Assembly: GCA_052327205.1 (NCBI GenBank)
Contig: CM126216.1
Location: forward strand, 23,684,001 to 23,748,000
DNA length: 64,000 bases
Direction: 5' to 3'
Source: Somniosus microcephalus
Lineage: Eukaryota
The notes beneath the pieces were generated by a model. The model saw only the letters and a list, made by a program, of their open reading frames with translations, ran no database searches and was not told the origin of the DNA. Position 1 is the stretch's first letter; the number at the start of each line of letters is the position of its first letter. Positions 1-12,745 of the stretch are shown here, piece by piece. The position numbers and the translations under genes are program-made.

Positions 1-998
1 CCAGCTGTTCACAATATATATTAATGATCTGGACGAGGGAATTGGATGTAATATCTCCAAATTTGCAGACGACACAAAGCTGGGTGGGAGGGTATGCTGT
101 GAGGAGGATGTCATGAAACTCCAGTACGATTTGGACAGGTTGGGTGATTGGGCAGAAACATGGCAAATGCACTATAATGTGGATAAATGTGAGGTTATCC
201 ACTTTGGTGGCAAAAATAGGAAGGCAGATTATTATTTGAATGGCAATAGATTGGGAGAAGGGGAAGTGCAAAGAGACCTAGGTGTTCTTGTGCACCAGTC
301 GCTGAAGGTAAGCATGCAGGTGCAGCAGGCGGTTAAGAAGGCAAATGGTATGTTGGCCTTCGTAGCAAGAGGGTTCGAGTACAAGAACAAGGATGTCTTG
401 CTGCAGTTGTACAGGGCCTTGGTGAGACCGCACCTTGAGTATTGTGTGCAGTTTTGGTCACCTTACCCGAGGAAGGATGTTCTTGCCATGGAGGGAGTGC
501 AGCGAAGATTCACCAGGCTGATACCTGGGATGGCAGGAATGACGTACGAGGAGAGATTGTGTCAATTGGACTTATACTCACTGGAGTTTAGACGATTGAG
601 AGGGGATCTCATCGAAACCTATAAAATTCTGTCAGGTCTGGACCGACTAGATGCAGAAAGGATGTTTCTGATGGCCGGGGAGTCCAGAACCAGGGGTCAT
701 AGTCTAAGGATAAGGGGTAAGCCATTTAGGACTGATATGAGGAGGAATTTCTTCACCCAGAGAGTGATGAACCTGTGGAATACTCTACCACAGAGGGCGG
801 TGGAGGCCAGTTCATTAAATATATTCAAGAAAGAGTTGGATATATTTCTTGAGGCTAAAGGGATCAAGGGATATGGGGAGAAGGCAGGGACAGAGTACTG
901 AATTTGGATGATCAGCCATGATCTCATTGAATGGCGGAGCAGGCTCGAAGGGCCGAATGGCCTACTCCTGCTCCTATCTTCTATGTTTCTATGTTTCT
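1..998 (+). mobile_element. CR1 LINE 3' fragment (RT C-terminus plus 3' UTR)
   Basis: [31 protein letters not shown] and RNFFTQRV motifs; (tctatgtt)n tail. Confidence 0.92.
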
Positions 999-1371
999 AG
1001 AGCTTGGCCATTTAGGAGTAAAATCAGAAAACACTTTTTCTGTTTATTCAGCAAGGTAAAGATCACTCATTGGGTAACTGTGGAGTTCCTGTGTACTCAG
1101 TCAGACAGGAGTTACTCCCTTGGTTTATTCAATCTCTTCTTCTCTTCCATGCTTAGTGGTGCATGAGGTAACCCAATTCTTTCGCTGCTTTTACATCTAG
1201 TAGATCAGGCTCTGGGTTGTTTTTGTAAAAAAAGTCTTTTTATGTAGATAGATGGTTAACCTGGCCAGGGTTTTTTCAATAGAGTAAGGATTCAACTCCA
1301 CAAAAATGTGTCCACATTAGAATAGATTATTTTGTTTACCTCATCTCACCAGTACAGCAACTTAAATGAAA

Positions 1372-1535
1372 CTGAAGCAAAAAATAGTGGAAACGCTCAG
1401 CGGGTCAGACACGGAGAGAACAGAGGGATTAATGTTTTGGGTGCGGACCCTTTGTTAAAACCTGCTGTGAGTTTCCAGAACTTTCTGTTTTTGTTTCACA
1501 TATCCAGGATCAGCAGTTTTTTTTTTTGCTTTTTG
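1372..1535. repeat. Short degenerate inverted-arm interspersed repeat
   Basis: ggaaacgctcagcggg (about 1390) pairs imperfectly with cctgctgtgagtttcc (about 1461); family not identified. Confidence 0.35.
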
Positions 1536-1574
1536 TTCCTTAAATGAGTTCAGAGTCCTGGCATCAACTGCTGT

Positions 1575-1745
1575 TCCTGCTAACCAGTTCCAGGTATCGT
1601 TCACCCCTGTGTAAAGAAAAAACTCCTGGAACCAGTCGTAAATTTGTCCTTTACAACTGTGAACCTGTGCTCCCTTGTCCTGCTGCATAGACATATCTGA
1701 AAGCATTGTTTAGGATTTAAGCTCTCTATCCTGTTCAGTGCCTTA
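1575..1745 (-). mobile_element. Degraded CR1-like 3' fragment
   Basis: Minus frame reads ...SRTREHRFTVVKDKFTTGSRSFFFTQG, like the CR1 RT tail. Confidence 0.6.
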
Positions 1746-1789
1746 TGCAGCTCAGTGTGTCTTTGGAGTCCGAAGAGCCCAAGCTTATC

Positions 1790-1930
1790 GCGTTGGTTTT
1801 CGCCTCTGAGTCTGAAGGTTGTGGGTTCAAGTCCCAATCCAGAGACTTGAGCACATACCCTAGTCTGACACTCCAGTGCAGTACCGAGGGAGTGCTGCAC
1901 TGTCGGAGGTCCCATATTTTAGATGAGACA
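1790..1930 (+). mobile_element. tRNA-derived SINE 5' fragment (SacSINE1/DeuSINE-like)
   Basis: B-box ggttcaagtcc followed by gagacttgagcac...ctgacactccagtgcagtaccgagggagtgctgcactgtcggagg. Confidence 0.7.
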
Positions 1931-2328
1931 GGCTGGGGGTGGGGGGATAAAATTGACCTGAAGATGGAGTGAATTTGATCCCTGGGATGGGGTGGGGAGT
2001 GATTTTGATGGGGTGGGAGGGGTGAATTTTATCCCTGGGGGTAGGAAGTCAATTTTACCCCTGGGGTGGGGGCTGAATTCAAGCCCTGTGGTGGAAGTAT
2101 GAAATCATTTTAATTGGATAGTTTAGAATTGCATGTCCTAAGAAAGAATCGGAACCATAATTTCAGTCATTTGATAAGAAGGATGATCTGTGCTGACTGG
2201 CTAAGCTGTTACAATGTATATATTGGTTATCTTGTGTAAAAATATCAAACAGATCAAACGATACAAACCCGAAACCAAACGCCATTGCTCCTGTAGGCAT
2301 TGTGAGATGCTGCCTTATGAAAAGAGTC

Positions 2329-2859
2329 TTATTTCAAATGTTTTTCAATCCAGTCTTTGAATGGGGTTACATTTGTGTAGACAGTGAAAAGTTCTTGACT
2401 GCATCCTTTCTCATACCCCCAGCTCACCAACCCCACCAGGTACCAGGTGAGAGCAGAGCCCGCCCTGTCTGCTGCAGGGAAGGTGGCGACACCACCTGTC
2501 TCCAACGGGCAAATGTTTGAGAAACCACTCGGATCTTGATGGGCGCAGAACATGTTCTCGGTGATGCTGACGGAGATCCCGTGATCCTCGTACTGCTGCT
2601 CACACTGGACGGAATCACCTATTTCAATGGTGCCCACACGGAGGGTGTCATTTTTATGGACTGAGTCCTTGGCATCACTTTGCATACTCCACCCAGAGAC
2701 ATAGCCCTGAGTATTCATGGTGGATAGATCTTTTACATCAGGGAGACACACAGGCTGCACCTGGTCAGTGATTTTCGCCTTGTCCATCAGTTTGATTATT
2801 GCAATATCTGAATCCAGCAGGATTGGGTCATAGGAGGGATGCACAATAACTGCAGAGAT
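2329..2859 (-). CDS. PAMR1: PAMR1 last coding exon (C-terminal part of the inactive peptidase S1 domain)
   Basis: Encodes ISAVIVHPSYDPILLDSDIAIIKL...NMFCA...ICPLETGG...WYLVGLVSWGY...FKDWIEKHLK*, closely matching my recollection of the human PAMR1 C-terminus. AG acceptor at 2860-2861 (ct on +), TAA at 2329-2331. Confidence 0.93.
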   Translation of the reverse strand: MSAVIVHPSYDPILLDSDIAIIKLMDKAKITDQVQPVCLPDVKDLSTMNTQGYVSGWSMQSDAKDSVHKNDTLRVGTIEIGDSVQCEQQYEDHGISVSITENMFCAHQDPSGFSNICPLETGGVATFPAADRAGSALTWYLVGLVSWGYEKGCSQELFTVYTNVTPFKDWIEKHLK

Positions 2860-3019
2860 CTAAAGGAATGAAAGCAGAATAATGTAAACGTGGTTCGAAT
2901 GTGTTTTTATTGTTTTATAGATCTTTTTGTGCCCTTCAAGGTGGAGGCTGTCAGTGATGAGAATGGAAGACATTTCACTTCTACATCGAGTTGCAGTATT
3001 AAGCACCCTCAGCATGGGT

Positions 3020-3685
3020 TTTATGCAGAGTAAAGCTCCCTCTACACTGCCCCATCAACGACTCTGAGGGCAGGTATAGCATGATTTGGATACAGAGTAA
3101 AGCTCCCTCTACACTGTCCCATCAATGACTCTGAGGGCAGGTATAGCACGGTTTGGATACAGAGTAAAGCTCCCTCTACACTGCCCCATCAATGACTCTG
3201 AGGGCAGGTATAGCACGGTTTGGATACAGAGTAAAGCTCCCTCTACACTGCCCCATCAACGACTCTGAGGGCAGGTATAGCATGATTTGGATACAGAGTA
3301 AAGCTCCCTCTACACTGCCCCATCAACGACTCTGAGGGCAGGTATAGCACGGTTTGGATACAGAGTAAAGCTCCCTCTACACTGCCCCATCAATGACTCT
3401 GAGGGCAGGTATAGCACAGTTTGGATACAAAGTAAAGCTCCCTCTACACTGCCCCATCAACGACTCTGAGGGCAGGTATAGCACGGTTTGGATACAGAGT
3501 AAAGCTCCCTCAACACTGCCCCATTAACGACTCTGAGGGCAGACATAGCACGGATTGGATACAGAGCAAAGCTCCCTCTACACTGCCCCATCAATGACTC
3601 TGAGGGCAGGTATAGCATGGTTTGGATACAGAGTAAAGCTCCCTCTACACTGCCCCAATAAGCACTCCCAGGGAAGGTACACAGT
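3020..3685. repeat. 67-bp tandem repeat, about 10 copies
   Basis: Unit cagagtaaagctccctctacactgccccatcaacgactctgagggcaggtatagcacggtttggata; copies start at 3026, 3093, etc. Confidence 0.95.
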
Positions 3686-4780
3686 AACATAAGAAAGTAC
3701 AGAACTGGAAAAGACTCTACAATCCAGCTGGCTGAAATCGCGCTCAGTTATCAATTAAATTCACCCTTAAATTCTTCTACACTATCTGTCTCTCTCCTGT
3801 AGTTTTGTCTAATCCAGAGTAAGCAATCCCATGCTCTTCAATCTCTACTCATAGCCCAGATGGCTTAAGATAGATAGCAGTTTAGTTGCCCTTTTCTGCA
3901 CTGCCCCAATCTGGATATCCTGTGGCCAAACCAGTGTCTCCTGGGATTTGTGCTCTATCCATCCCAAGAGCTGGTTAGCTTTCCTTACTGCTACCATGTG
4001 CTGTTGGTTTCAGTGAACTATCCACCAATGCTGCCAGACCCCTTTCCTGTGTTGTGTCCTGTAGCCTAGAGTCACATCGAATATATTGCCACTGTTTATT
4101 TCAGTTCCCTCATCTCATTACTTTGCATTTAGAGTTAGACACAGAGTAAAACTCCACTGCATTGCCATGCCAAACACTACCACCCCTGCCCCCTTTATGT
4201 TGATCTTGCAAAGTTCCGCTGGAAGTGGGAGCGGGCTCTTCTTGTGTTCAGAAAGAGCGGGGGAGATTGTATTATCCACCGCAATTGCCTGCTAGTTCCG
4301 CCTCCCTCACGCCATATATACCTGCAGATGTATTAGCATGTCAGGATCTGAACCTAGTGGAAGAGGGGACCCACTGTTATTACTAGGGCCAGTTTCTCTG
4401 CGGTAGCTGATCGCAGGTTGTAAAATTTTAAACATTTTTTTTTCTTTTGCGGATCCTAAGCCGGCACAGGATGAACAGTAAATACGCCCTTGCTAGTGTT
4501 GCCCACATGCCAAGAATGCATTTTTTTTTAAAAAGGTGACCAATTTCGTTCTTTCAACAACAGAGGTATGGGACCTGGCAGCACCTTGAAATACAAGTGG
4601 GAGCAATAAACTTTGTCTTTCATTGGTTGGTAAACATACTGTACAGCAGTGTTCTGGATGTCACAATGTAAAGGTTAAAGTCAGAGGGCCTGCAGTCAGT
4701 GGCTGAGCATCTTCCCTTCCTCCCCCACACTACCACCACCCACCCCCACCCCCCGCCTTCCCAGGGTGAATGTTACTCAC

Positions 4781-5073
4781 TTGTAGGTACTGCCGGCTCT
4801 TCTCTTGGCGCTCCTCGTCGTGGTAATGCTTTCCCAGAACCACCATCATATCGGCCGTGCTAATCAGCGTCACTTTGCCCAGCTCTGTCACGCAGTGAGC
4901 AGCGACCACGATGTTCCGCTCATTCAGGACTGCCCCGCTGCAGGCCAGGAACCACGTGCGCTGCTGGACAATCTCGTTGCTTGTCCGCGATGTCTTCTGG
5001 TAGAGCGCGGCCTGCCAAGGCCAAGCCATCGAGGTCAGATTCTGTAGGCTGAAATTGCCGAGTTTTCCGCAAA
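4781..5073 (-). CDS. PAMR1: PAMR1 exon, N-terminal part of the peptidase S1 domain
   Basis: Encodes (I)CGKLGN...WPWQAALY...CSGAVLNERNIVVAAHCVTELGK...YLQ. Phase-1 AG acceptor at 5074-5075, GTGAGT donor at 4780-4775; joins in frame to both neighbours. Confidence 0.93.
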
Positions 5074-5199
5074 CTGCCAAGTAGGAGACAAACAGCCAAA
5101 TGTTACACTTTAAGGCGGCCATGCTAGAAAACACCAGCCGGAATAAAATCCTGATTTCCACAGGCTCAGTGTCATCAAAATGCACTGAGCTGGTTCAGT

Positions 5200-5748
5200 T
5201 GATCTGTGTAAAGTTCTGGGCACCACACCACAGGAAGGCTATATTGGCCTTGGAGTGGGTGCAGTGCAGATTCACCAGAATTATACTGGGGCTAAAAGGG
5301 TTAATTTATAATGGCAAGTTGCAAAGGCTAGGCTTGTATTCCCTTGAGTATAGATGATTAAAGGGTTTTCTAATTGAGGTGTTCAGTATGATTAAAGGAT
5401 TTGTTAGGGGAGATAGAGAAAAACAATTTCCTCTGGTGGGGAGTCCAGAAGAAGGGGGTATTACCTTAAAATTAGAGCTGGGCCATTCTGGGGTGATGGG
5501 AGGAAGCACTTATTCACAATAAGGGTAGTGGAAATCTGAAACTCTCTGCCCCAAAAAGCTGTTGAGACTGGGGGGTCAATTGAAATTTTCAAAACTGTGA
5601 TTGATATATTTTTGTTAGGCAAGCGTATGAAGGGTTATGGTACCAAGGCAGGTAGATGGAGTTAAGATACTGATCAGCCATGATTTAATTAAATGACAGA
5701 CAGGCTCGAGGAGTTGAATGGCCTACTCCTGTTCCTAAGTTTCTATCT
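5200..5748 (+). mobile_element. CR1 LINE 3' fragment
   Basis: CVKFWAPHHRKAILALEWVQCRFTR motif and CR1 3' UTR (gatcagccatgat...gaatggcctactcctg). Confidence 0.85.
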
Positions 5749-7084
5749 AGCTTGGATTAAAGAAACAACCACAGAAATGCTAAAGATTCTCACATTATAG
5801 CTGTGGGATATAGGGAGCGAATTTCCCCTTGTTTGCGCCTCCGGTGGGAGGTGCCAATGGGGCGCAAATGGCTTTTCGTCCCCCCAAGGCGATAACCGCG
5901 AAATTCAACGGGAGGTTAGAGGTACTACCGGGTATCGCCCCAATCTTCTGCGCCTGGAGATCATGACGTCATCTCTGGGCGCAGTGCCCCAGTAGTGCCT
6001 TGGGAGAAAAATTCGTAATTGCACCCCGCAGCAGCGCTGGGCAATGTTACCGACTGCTGCAGGGGTCGCGACCAGTGAGGCCGGCTGCTCGTGGGGCACA
6101 ACTTAAAGGTGCGGTGGGCGGCCGCCCAAAAAAAAAGCTGATTTTTTTTTCAGCCACCGGTTGTGGCGTCCGTGCCGCAATCGCTTAACCCGGCACTCTG
6201 CTTGAGTGTTGAGTTGATCCTGCAGCACTCCTGCTCCCCGTTGGCCCAGAAATCTACAGTGAAACTTGCAGAGCTCGCAGTATGGGGCCCTTTCCTTTAA
6301 TGCAGGGAAGAGCCCCTGCAATGTGGCAGCGCCTCGCATGGCCACACGTGGCGCTGCTGAGCACATCGCCCTGGATCGGGACATTCCCCACCTCTTGCGC
6401 TCCGAGAGGCAAGTGGGGCGCTTGATTTAGTGGGAGTTGTATACAGATCACCAAACAGTAATGCTGAGGTTGGGGATGGCATTAAATGGGAAATTAGAAA
6501 CACATGCAGTAAGGGCACAACAGTTATCATGGGTGACTTTAATCTACATATAGATTGGGCTAACCAAATTAGTAACAATACTGTGGAGGAGGAATTCCTA
6601 GAGTGTATACGGGATGGTTTCCTGGACCAATATGTCGAGGAACCAACTAGAGATCAGGCCATCTTAGACTGGGTATTATGTAATGAGAAAGGATTAATTA
6701 GCAAACTTGTTGTGCGAGGCCCCTTGGGGCAGAGCAATCATAATATGATAGAATTCTTCATTAAGATGGAGAGTGAAGTATTTGACTCAGAGACTAGGGT
6801 CCTAAATTTAAATAAAGGAAACTACGATGGTATGAGGCACGAGTTGGCTAGGATGGATTGGGGAACGTTACTTAAAGGGTTGATGGTGGATAGGCAATGG
6901 CAAACATTTAAAGATCGCATGGATGAACTACAGAATTTGTTCATCCCTGTTTGGCATAAAAATAAAACAAAAAAGGTGACTCAACCGTGGTTAACAAGGG
7001 AAATTAGGGATAGCATAAGATCCAAGGAGAAGGCATATAAATTGGCGAGAAAAAGCAGCAAACCTGAGGATTGGGAGCAGTTTA

Positions 7085-9123
7085 ATAAAGTAAAGTAATA
7101 AAGGATAGCATCCGACTGAAAACAAGGGCATATAAAGTAGCCAAATCTAGTGGGAATATAGAAGATTGAGAAGCATTTAAAAGCCAACGAAGAATAACTA
7201 AAAGATTAATTAAGAAAGGGAAGATAGATTATGAAAGTAAACTAGCAAAAAATATAAAAACAGATAGCAAGAGTTTCTACAGTTATATCAAAAGAAAAAG
7301 GGTGGCTAAAGTGAATGTTGGTCCCTTAGAGGACGAGGCCAGGAAATTAGTGGTGGGGAACATGGAGATGGCAAAAACGCTGAACAAATATTTTGTATCA
7401 GTCTTTACAGTAGAGGACACTAAAAATATCCCAACACTGGACAAACAGGGGGCTCTGGGGGGGGGGGGGAGGAGCTAAACACGATTAAAATCACTAAGGA
7501 GGTGGTACTCAGTAAGATAATGGGACTTAAGGCGGATAAATCCCCTGGACCTGATGGCTTACATCCTAGGGTCTTGAGAAAAGTAGCGGTAGGGATTGCG
7601 GATGCATTAGTGGTAATTTTCCAAAACTCCCTGGATTCAGGAAAGGTCCCAGCAGATTGGAAAACTGCTAATGTAACGCCCTTATTTAAAAAGGGAAGTA
7701 GACAAAAGGCTGGAAACTATAGACCAGTTAGCCTAACATCTGTGGTTGGTAAAATGTTGGAGTCCATTATTAAGGAAGCAGTAACAGGACATTTGGATAA
7801 GCATAATTTAATCGGACAGAGTCAGCACGGTTTTATGAAGGGGAAGTCATGTTTGACAAATTTGCTTGAATTCTTTGAGGATGTAACAAACAGGGTGGAT
7901 AAAGGGGAACCAGTGGATGTGGTGTTTTTGGACTTCCAAAAGGCATTTGACAAGGTGCCACAGAAAAGATTACTGCACAAGATAAAAAATCACGGGATTG
8001 GGGGTAATATACTGGCATGGGTGGAAGATTGGCTATCTAACAGAAAACAAAAGTTGGGATAAATGGTTCATTCTCGGGTTGGCAATCAGTGACTAGTGGT
8101 GTTCCGCAGGGGTCAGTGCTGGGACCCAAACTCTTTACAATCTATATTAACGATTTGAAGGAAGGGACCAAGTGCAACATATCCAAGTTTGCCGACGATA
8201 CAAAGATGGGAGGGAAAGCAGTGAGTGAGGAGGACATAAAAAACCTGCAAAAGGACATAGACAGGCTAAGTGAGTGGGCAGAAATTTGGCAGATGGAATA
8301 TAATGTTGGAAAGTGTGAGGTTATGCACTTTGGCAGAAAAAAATCAAAGAGCAAGTTATTATCTAAATGGAGAGAAACTGCAAAGTGTTACAGTACAAAG
8401 GGATCTGGGGGTCCTGGTGCATGAAACACAGAAGGTTAGTATGCAGGTACAGCAGGTGATCAGGAAGGCCAATGGAATCTTGGCTTTTATTGCAAGGGGG
8501 ATGGAGTATAAAAGCAGGGAAGTCTTGCTTCAGTTATACAGGGTACTGGTGAGGCCACACCTGGAATACTGTGTACAGTTTTGGTTTCCATATTTAAGAA
8601 AAGATATACTTGCTCTCGAGGCAGTTCAGAGAAGGTTCACTCGGTTGATTCCGGAGATGAGGGGGTTGACTTATGAGGAAAGGTTGAGTAGGTTGGGCCT
8701 CTACTCATTGGAATTCAGAAGAATGAGAGGCGATCTTACTGAAACATATAAGATTGTGAGGGGGCATGATCGGGTGGATGCGGTGAGGATGTTTCCACTG
8801 ATGGGTGAGACTAGAACTAGGGGGCATAATCTTAGAATAAGGGGCTGCCCTTTCAAAACTGAGATGAGGAGAAACTTCTTCACTCAGAGGGTAGTAAATC
8901 TATGGAATTTGCTACCTCAGAGAGCTGTGTAAGCTGTGAAATTAAATAAATTTAAAACGGAGATAGACAGTTTCCTAGCTGATAAGGGAATTAGGGGTTA
9001 CGGGGAGCGGACAGGGAAGTGGACGTGAGTCTAGGTTCGGATCAGCCATGATCCTATTGAATGATGGAGCAGGCCCGAGGGGCCGTATGGCCTACTCCTG
9101 CTCCTACTTCTTATGTTCTTATG
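7085..9123 (+). mobile_element. Nested CR1 of a different subfamily
   Basis: Has its own KSPGPDG, NYRPVSLTS, GVPQGSVLGP and FADD motifs and a (ttcttatg)n tail; ttta occurs at both junctions. Confidence 0.85.
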
Positions 9124-10223
9124 TTTAGGATTCAGCAAAGGAGGACAAAGGGAGTAATTAAGAGGGGAAAATAGAATATGAGAGTAAGCTTGCAGGAAAC
9201 ATAAAAACTGACTGTAAAAGCTTTTATAGATATGTGAAGAGAAAAAGATTGGTGATGTCAAACGTAGGTCGCTTGCAGTCAGAATCAGGGGAATTTATAA
9301 TGGGGAACAAAGAAATGGCGGACCAATTAAATACTTACTTTGGTTCTGTCTTCATAAAGGAGGACACAAATAACCTCCCAGAGATGCTGGGGAACATAGG
9401 GCCTAATGAGAGGGAGGAACTGAATGAAATCAGTATTTGTAGCGAAATGGTGTTAGGGAAATTGATGGGATTGAAAGCCGATAAATCCCCAGGGCCTGAT
9501 AATCTACATCCTAGGGTACTTAAAGAAGTGGCCCTAGAAATAGTAGATGCATTGCTGGTCAACTTCCAAAATTCTATAGACTCTGGCACAGTTCCCATGG
9601 ATTGGAGGGTAGCTAATGTAACCCCACTATTCAAAAAAGGTGGTCGAGAGAAAACGGGGAACTATAGACTGGTAAGCCTGACATCGGAAGTGGGGAAAAT
9701 GCGTCCATTATAAAAGATGTAATAGCAGAGCACTTGGAAAACAGTGACAGGATCGGACAAAGCCAACATGGATTTACAAAAGGTAAATCGTGCTTGAATA
9801 ATCTACTGGAATTTTTTGAGGATGTATCTGGTAGAATAGATAAGGGAGAACCAGTGGTTGTGGTGTATTTGGACTTTCAGAAGGCTTTCGGTAAGGTCCC
9901 GCATAAGAGATTAGCGTGTAAAGTTAAAGCACATGGGATTGGGGGTAAGGTATTGACTTGGATAGAGAACTGGTTGGCAGACAGGAAGCAAAGAGTTGGA
10001 AGAAACGGGTCTTTTTCCGAGTGGCCCGCAGTGACTAATGGGGGACCCCAGCTATTCACAATATATATTAATGATCTAGACAAGGGAACTAGATGTAATA
10101 TCTCCAAGTTTGCAGACGACACAAAGCTGGGTGGGCATGTGTGCTGTGAGGAGGATGCCGAGAAACTCCAGCATGATTTGGGCAGGTTGGGTGATTGGGC
10201 AGATGCATGGCAGATGCAATATA

Positions 10224-10424
10224 TGTGGTGTATGTGCCTTTAAGAGCAATTATGGTGTATGTGCCTTTAAGAGCCCCAGGTGTGCGTAATGCCGGTAATT
10301 GCCACTTGGGCTATATAAGCCTGTGTATTGTGTATATCCTTTAGAAACCCCCCCAGACTTGCTTAGTAAATACCTATGAACCAATTCCTGTCTTCAGTGT
10401 CTTTATCTACACACGGACACTACA
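10224..10424 (+). mobile_element. Solo LTR related to the Gypsy element at 40224-44898
   Basis: TG...CA ends, tgtggtgtatgtgcctttaagagc...acacggacactaca; flanks atata/gtata; internal duplication of its first ~25 nt. Confidence 0.85.
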
Positions 10425-11739
10425 GTATATGCATGGCAAATGCAGTATAATGTGGATAAATGCAAGGTTATCCACTTTGGTGGCAAAAACAGGAAGGTAG
10501 ATTATTATCTGAATGGCAATAGATTAGGAGAAGGGGAAGTGCAGCGAGACCTGGGTGTCCTTGTGCACCAGTTGCTGAAGGTATGCATGCAGGTGCAGCA
10601 GGCAGTTAAGAAGGCAAATGGAATGTTGGCCTTCATAGCAAGAGGACTCAAATACAGGAGCAAAGATGTCTTGCTGCAGTTGTTAAGGGCCTTGGTGAGA
10701 CCACACCTTGAGCATTGTGTGCAGTTTTGGTCGCCTTATCTGAGGAAGGATGTTCTTGCCATGGAGGGAGTGCAGCGAAGATTCACCAGACTGATACCTG
10801 GGATGGCAGGAATGACATATGAGGAGAGATTGGGTCGATTGGGCTTATATTCACTAGAGTTTAGAAGAATGAGAGGGGATCTCATTGAATCTTATAAAAT
10901 TCTAATAGGACTAGACAGTCTAGATGCAGGAAGGATGTTCCCGATGGTCGGGGAGTCCAGAAGCAGGGGTCACAATCTAAAGATAAGTGGTAAGCTATTT
11001 AGGACAGAGATGAGGAGGAATTTCTTCACCCAGAGAGTGGTGAACCTGTGGAATTCTCTACCACAAAGGCAGTTGAGGCCAATTCATTAAATATATTCAA
11101 GAAGGAGTTAGATATATTTCTTAAGGCTAAAGGGATCAAGGGATATGGGGAGAAAGCAGGGACAGGGTACTGAGTTTGGATGATCAGCCATTATCTCATT
11201 AAATGGCGGATAGCCTCGAGGGGCCAAATGGCCTACTCCTGCTCCTATCTTCTATGTTTCTATCTATATTTCTTGGTGCAAAAGGAAGGAATTTTACAAA
11301 TGTTTGAAAAGGTTAGCGCCTGGTGATAACTTTCCAAATATTTTTCACTTAGCGCCACAAACAGCCCTCTACGGGAATTTCTTTCCCACAGTCTCTCCAC
11401 TGGTCGGCTATTTACATACCCTTACTGTTGGGAACAAAAGTCACAATCTACCAGGAACCATAGTACCATAGAGGTTTGCAGCAGAGGGACGTCCCAGCCC
11501 TTACGAGTCAGGCCGGAAATTTCCAGAAACGGCAACAAAATTATCCTTGCCATTTTCCTGTGTGTATCATGGTTTCTCTTCCTCCTTTTGTTGAACCCTA
11601 CTATTACTCATATACTTGCAGCCCCTCGGTGACATCTGCAGGCAGCGAGTCAGCTTCCATGTGTGTTGATGGCAGCAACCACTACCTCTTTCTTGACCCC
11701 ATGACTACCTCTTTACTGTCAGACATGAAGCCATGGATG

Positions 11740-12240
11740 AGTCAAAACCAGACCATGCAAACTCTGCAACTTAGAGTTGATCTTCAAACCCCACATCAAC
11801 AAGACTGATTATTTCACCTCCACAACATTACCCGCCTCACTCGAAAAGATAGGTTTAAAGGTGAACAGGGAAGTAAAGAGGTGGGGATGTTTAGCGAGGG
11901 AGTTCCAGAGAGGCTGAGGTGCTGAATGCCCAGCCACCAATGGTGTGGTGAAAGGAGGGGGAAATGCACAGAACATCAAATTTGGAGGACTGATTGGTGC
12001 AGGAGAGATATAAGAGATTGAGTGGGCCTCTCTGGAACTCGCTCGCTAAACATCTCCACCTCTTTGCTTCCCTCTTCACCTTTAAACCTATCTTTTCAAC
12101 CAAGCTTTTGATCACCGTCCCACCATGGCTCTGCATCTGTTCCTTTAATTTATTTATTCTTCCCATGCCCCCACCCCCGTAAAGTGTCTTGGGATGTTTT
12201 CTACATTAAAGGTGCTATGTAAATACAAGTTGTTGTTGTT
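11740..12240 (+). mobile_element. L2-like LINE 3' remnant with internal inversion
   Basis: L2-type tail (ctctggaact...cctttaaacctatc...ttaaaggtgctat...aagttgttgttg); contains 72-bp inverted arms. Confidence 0.6.
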
Positions 12241-12589
12241 TAAAATGGGTCCTGATAGAGAGTCTCTGCTTGAAAGTGTTCTGAATAGGGAGACTGTTTA
12301 AAGTGGCCCTGACATGAAGACATGTGCTGGGATTGTCCTCTTTGGAGCAAACTTCCAACCACACTCCAAATTTATCCCTAGCCGGCCTAATGCCCACCAG
12401 CTAGAGTTAACCTGCCAGTATGAGAAGAGATCTCAATGATGTTGCACCAGCCATGCTGCTGCAGAACCAGCCAGTGACCCAAAGGGGCAGAAGCGTCCCA
12501 AAGATCGGGACAATGTCTCACTGAACGCCTCAGTTGAAATCAGGTAAGTGGTAAGTGTTGGAGGCTGGAGGGTGAGGAGGCCGTCAGAT

Positions 12590-12745
12590 GATCCTGATAA
12601 GGAAAGTCGCTGTTTAATTGCGGTTCTGATAAGGAAAGTTGCTGTTTAAAGTGGTCATGATAAGGAAAGTTGCTGTTTAAAGTGGTTCTGATAAGGAAAA
12701 TTGCTGTTTAAAGGTGGTTCTGATAAGGAGACTCCTTGTTTAAAC
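12590..12745. repeat. About 31-bp tandem repeat, about 5 copies
   Basis: Unit ctgataaggaaagttgctgtttaaagtggtt; related degenerate copies at 12235-12315. Confidence 0.8.

Larger units (their letters stand above)
6430..11270 (+). mobile_element. 5'-truncated CR1 (APE to 3' UTR), interrupted by a second CR1 and a solo LTR
   Basis: GVVYRSPN, MGDFN and SNHNMI endonuclease motifs. The frame ...EDWEQF (7084) resumes as RIQQRRTK after about 9124. RT motifs and tail near 11250. Confidence 0.88.
5813..11387. mobile_element. Harbinger-type non-autonomous element split by a CR1 cluster (own sequence about 5813-6429 and 11271-11387)
   Basis: Imperfect TIRs gggagcgaattt / aatttctttccc, flanks ata/aca, GC-rich body with gcgcc motifs resembling the 23218 and 44907 MITEs. 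Confidence 0.6.

Noticed and set aside
1790-1845. tRNA gene
   Set aside because: Only a B-box arm continuing into a SINE body; no full cloverleaf.
1040-2328. PAMR1 polyadenylation site
   Set aside because: Minus-strand candidates exist (ATTAAA near 2110, AATAAA near 1125 and 1045) but cannot be chosen without transcript data.
3020-3685. CRISPR-like array (also 48383, 59483, 61125)
   Set aside because: Head-to-tail repeats without unique spacers, in a eukaryotic context with no cas genes.
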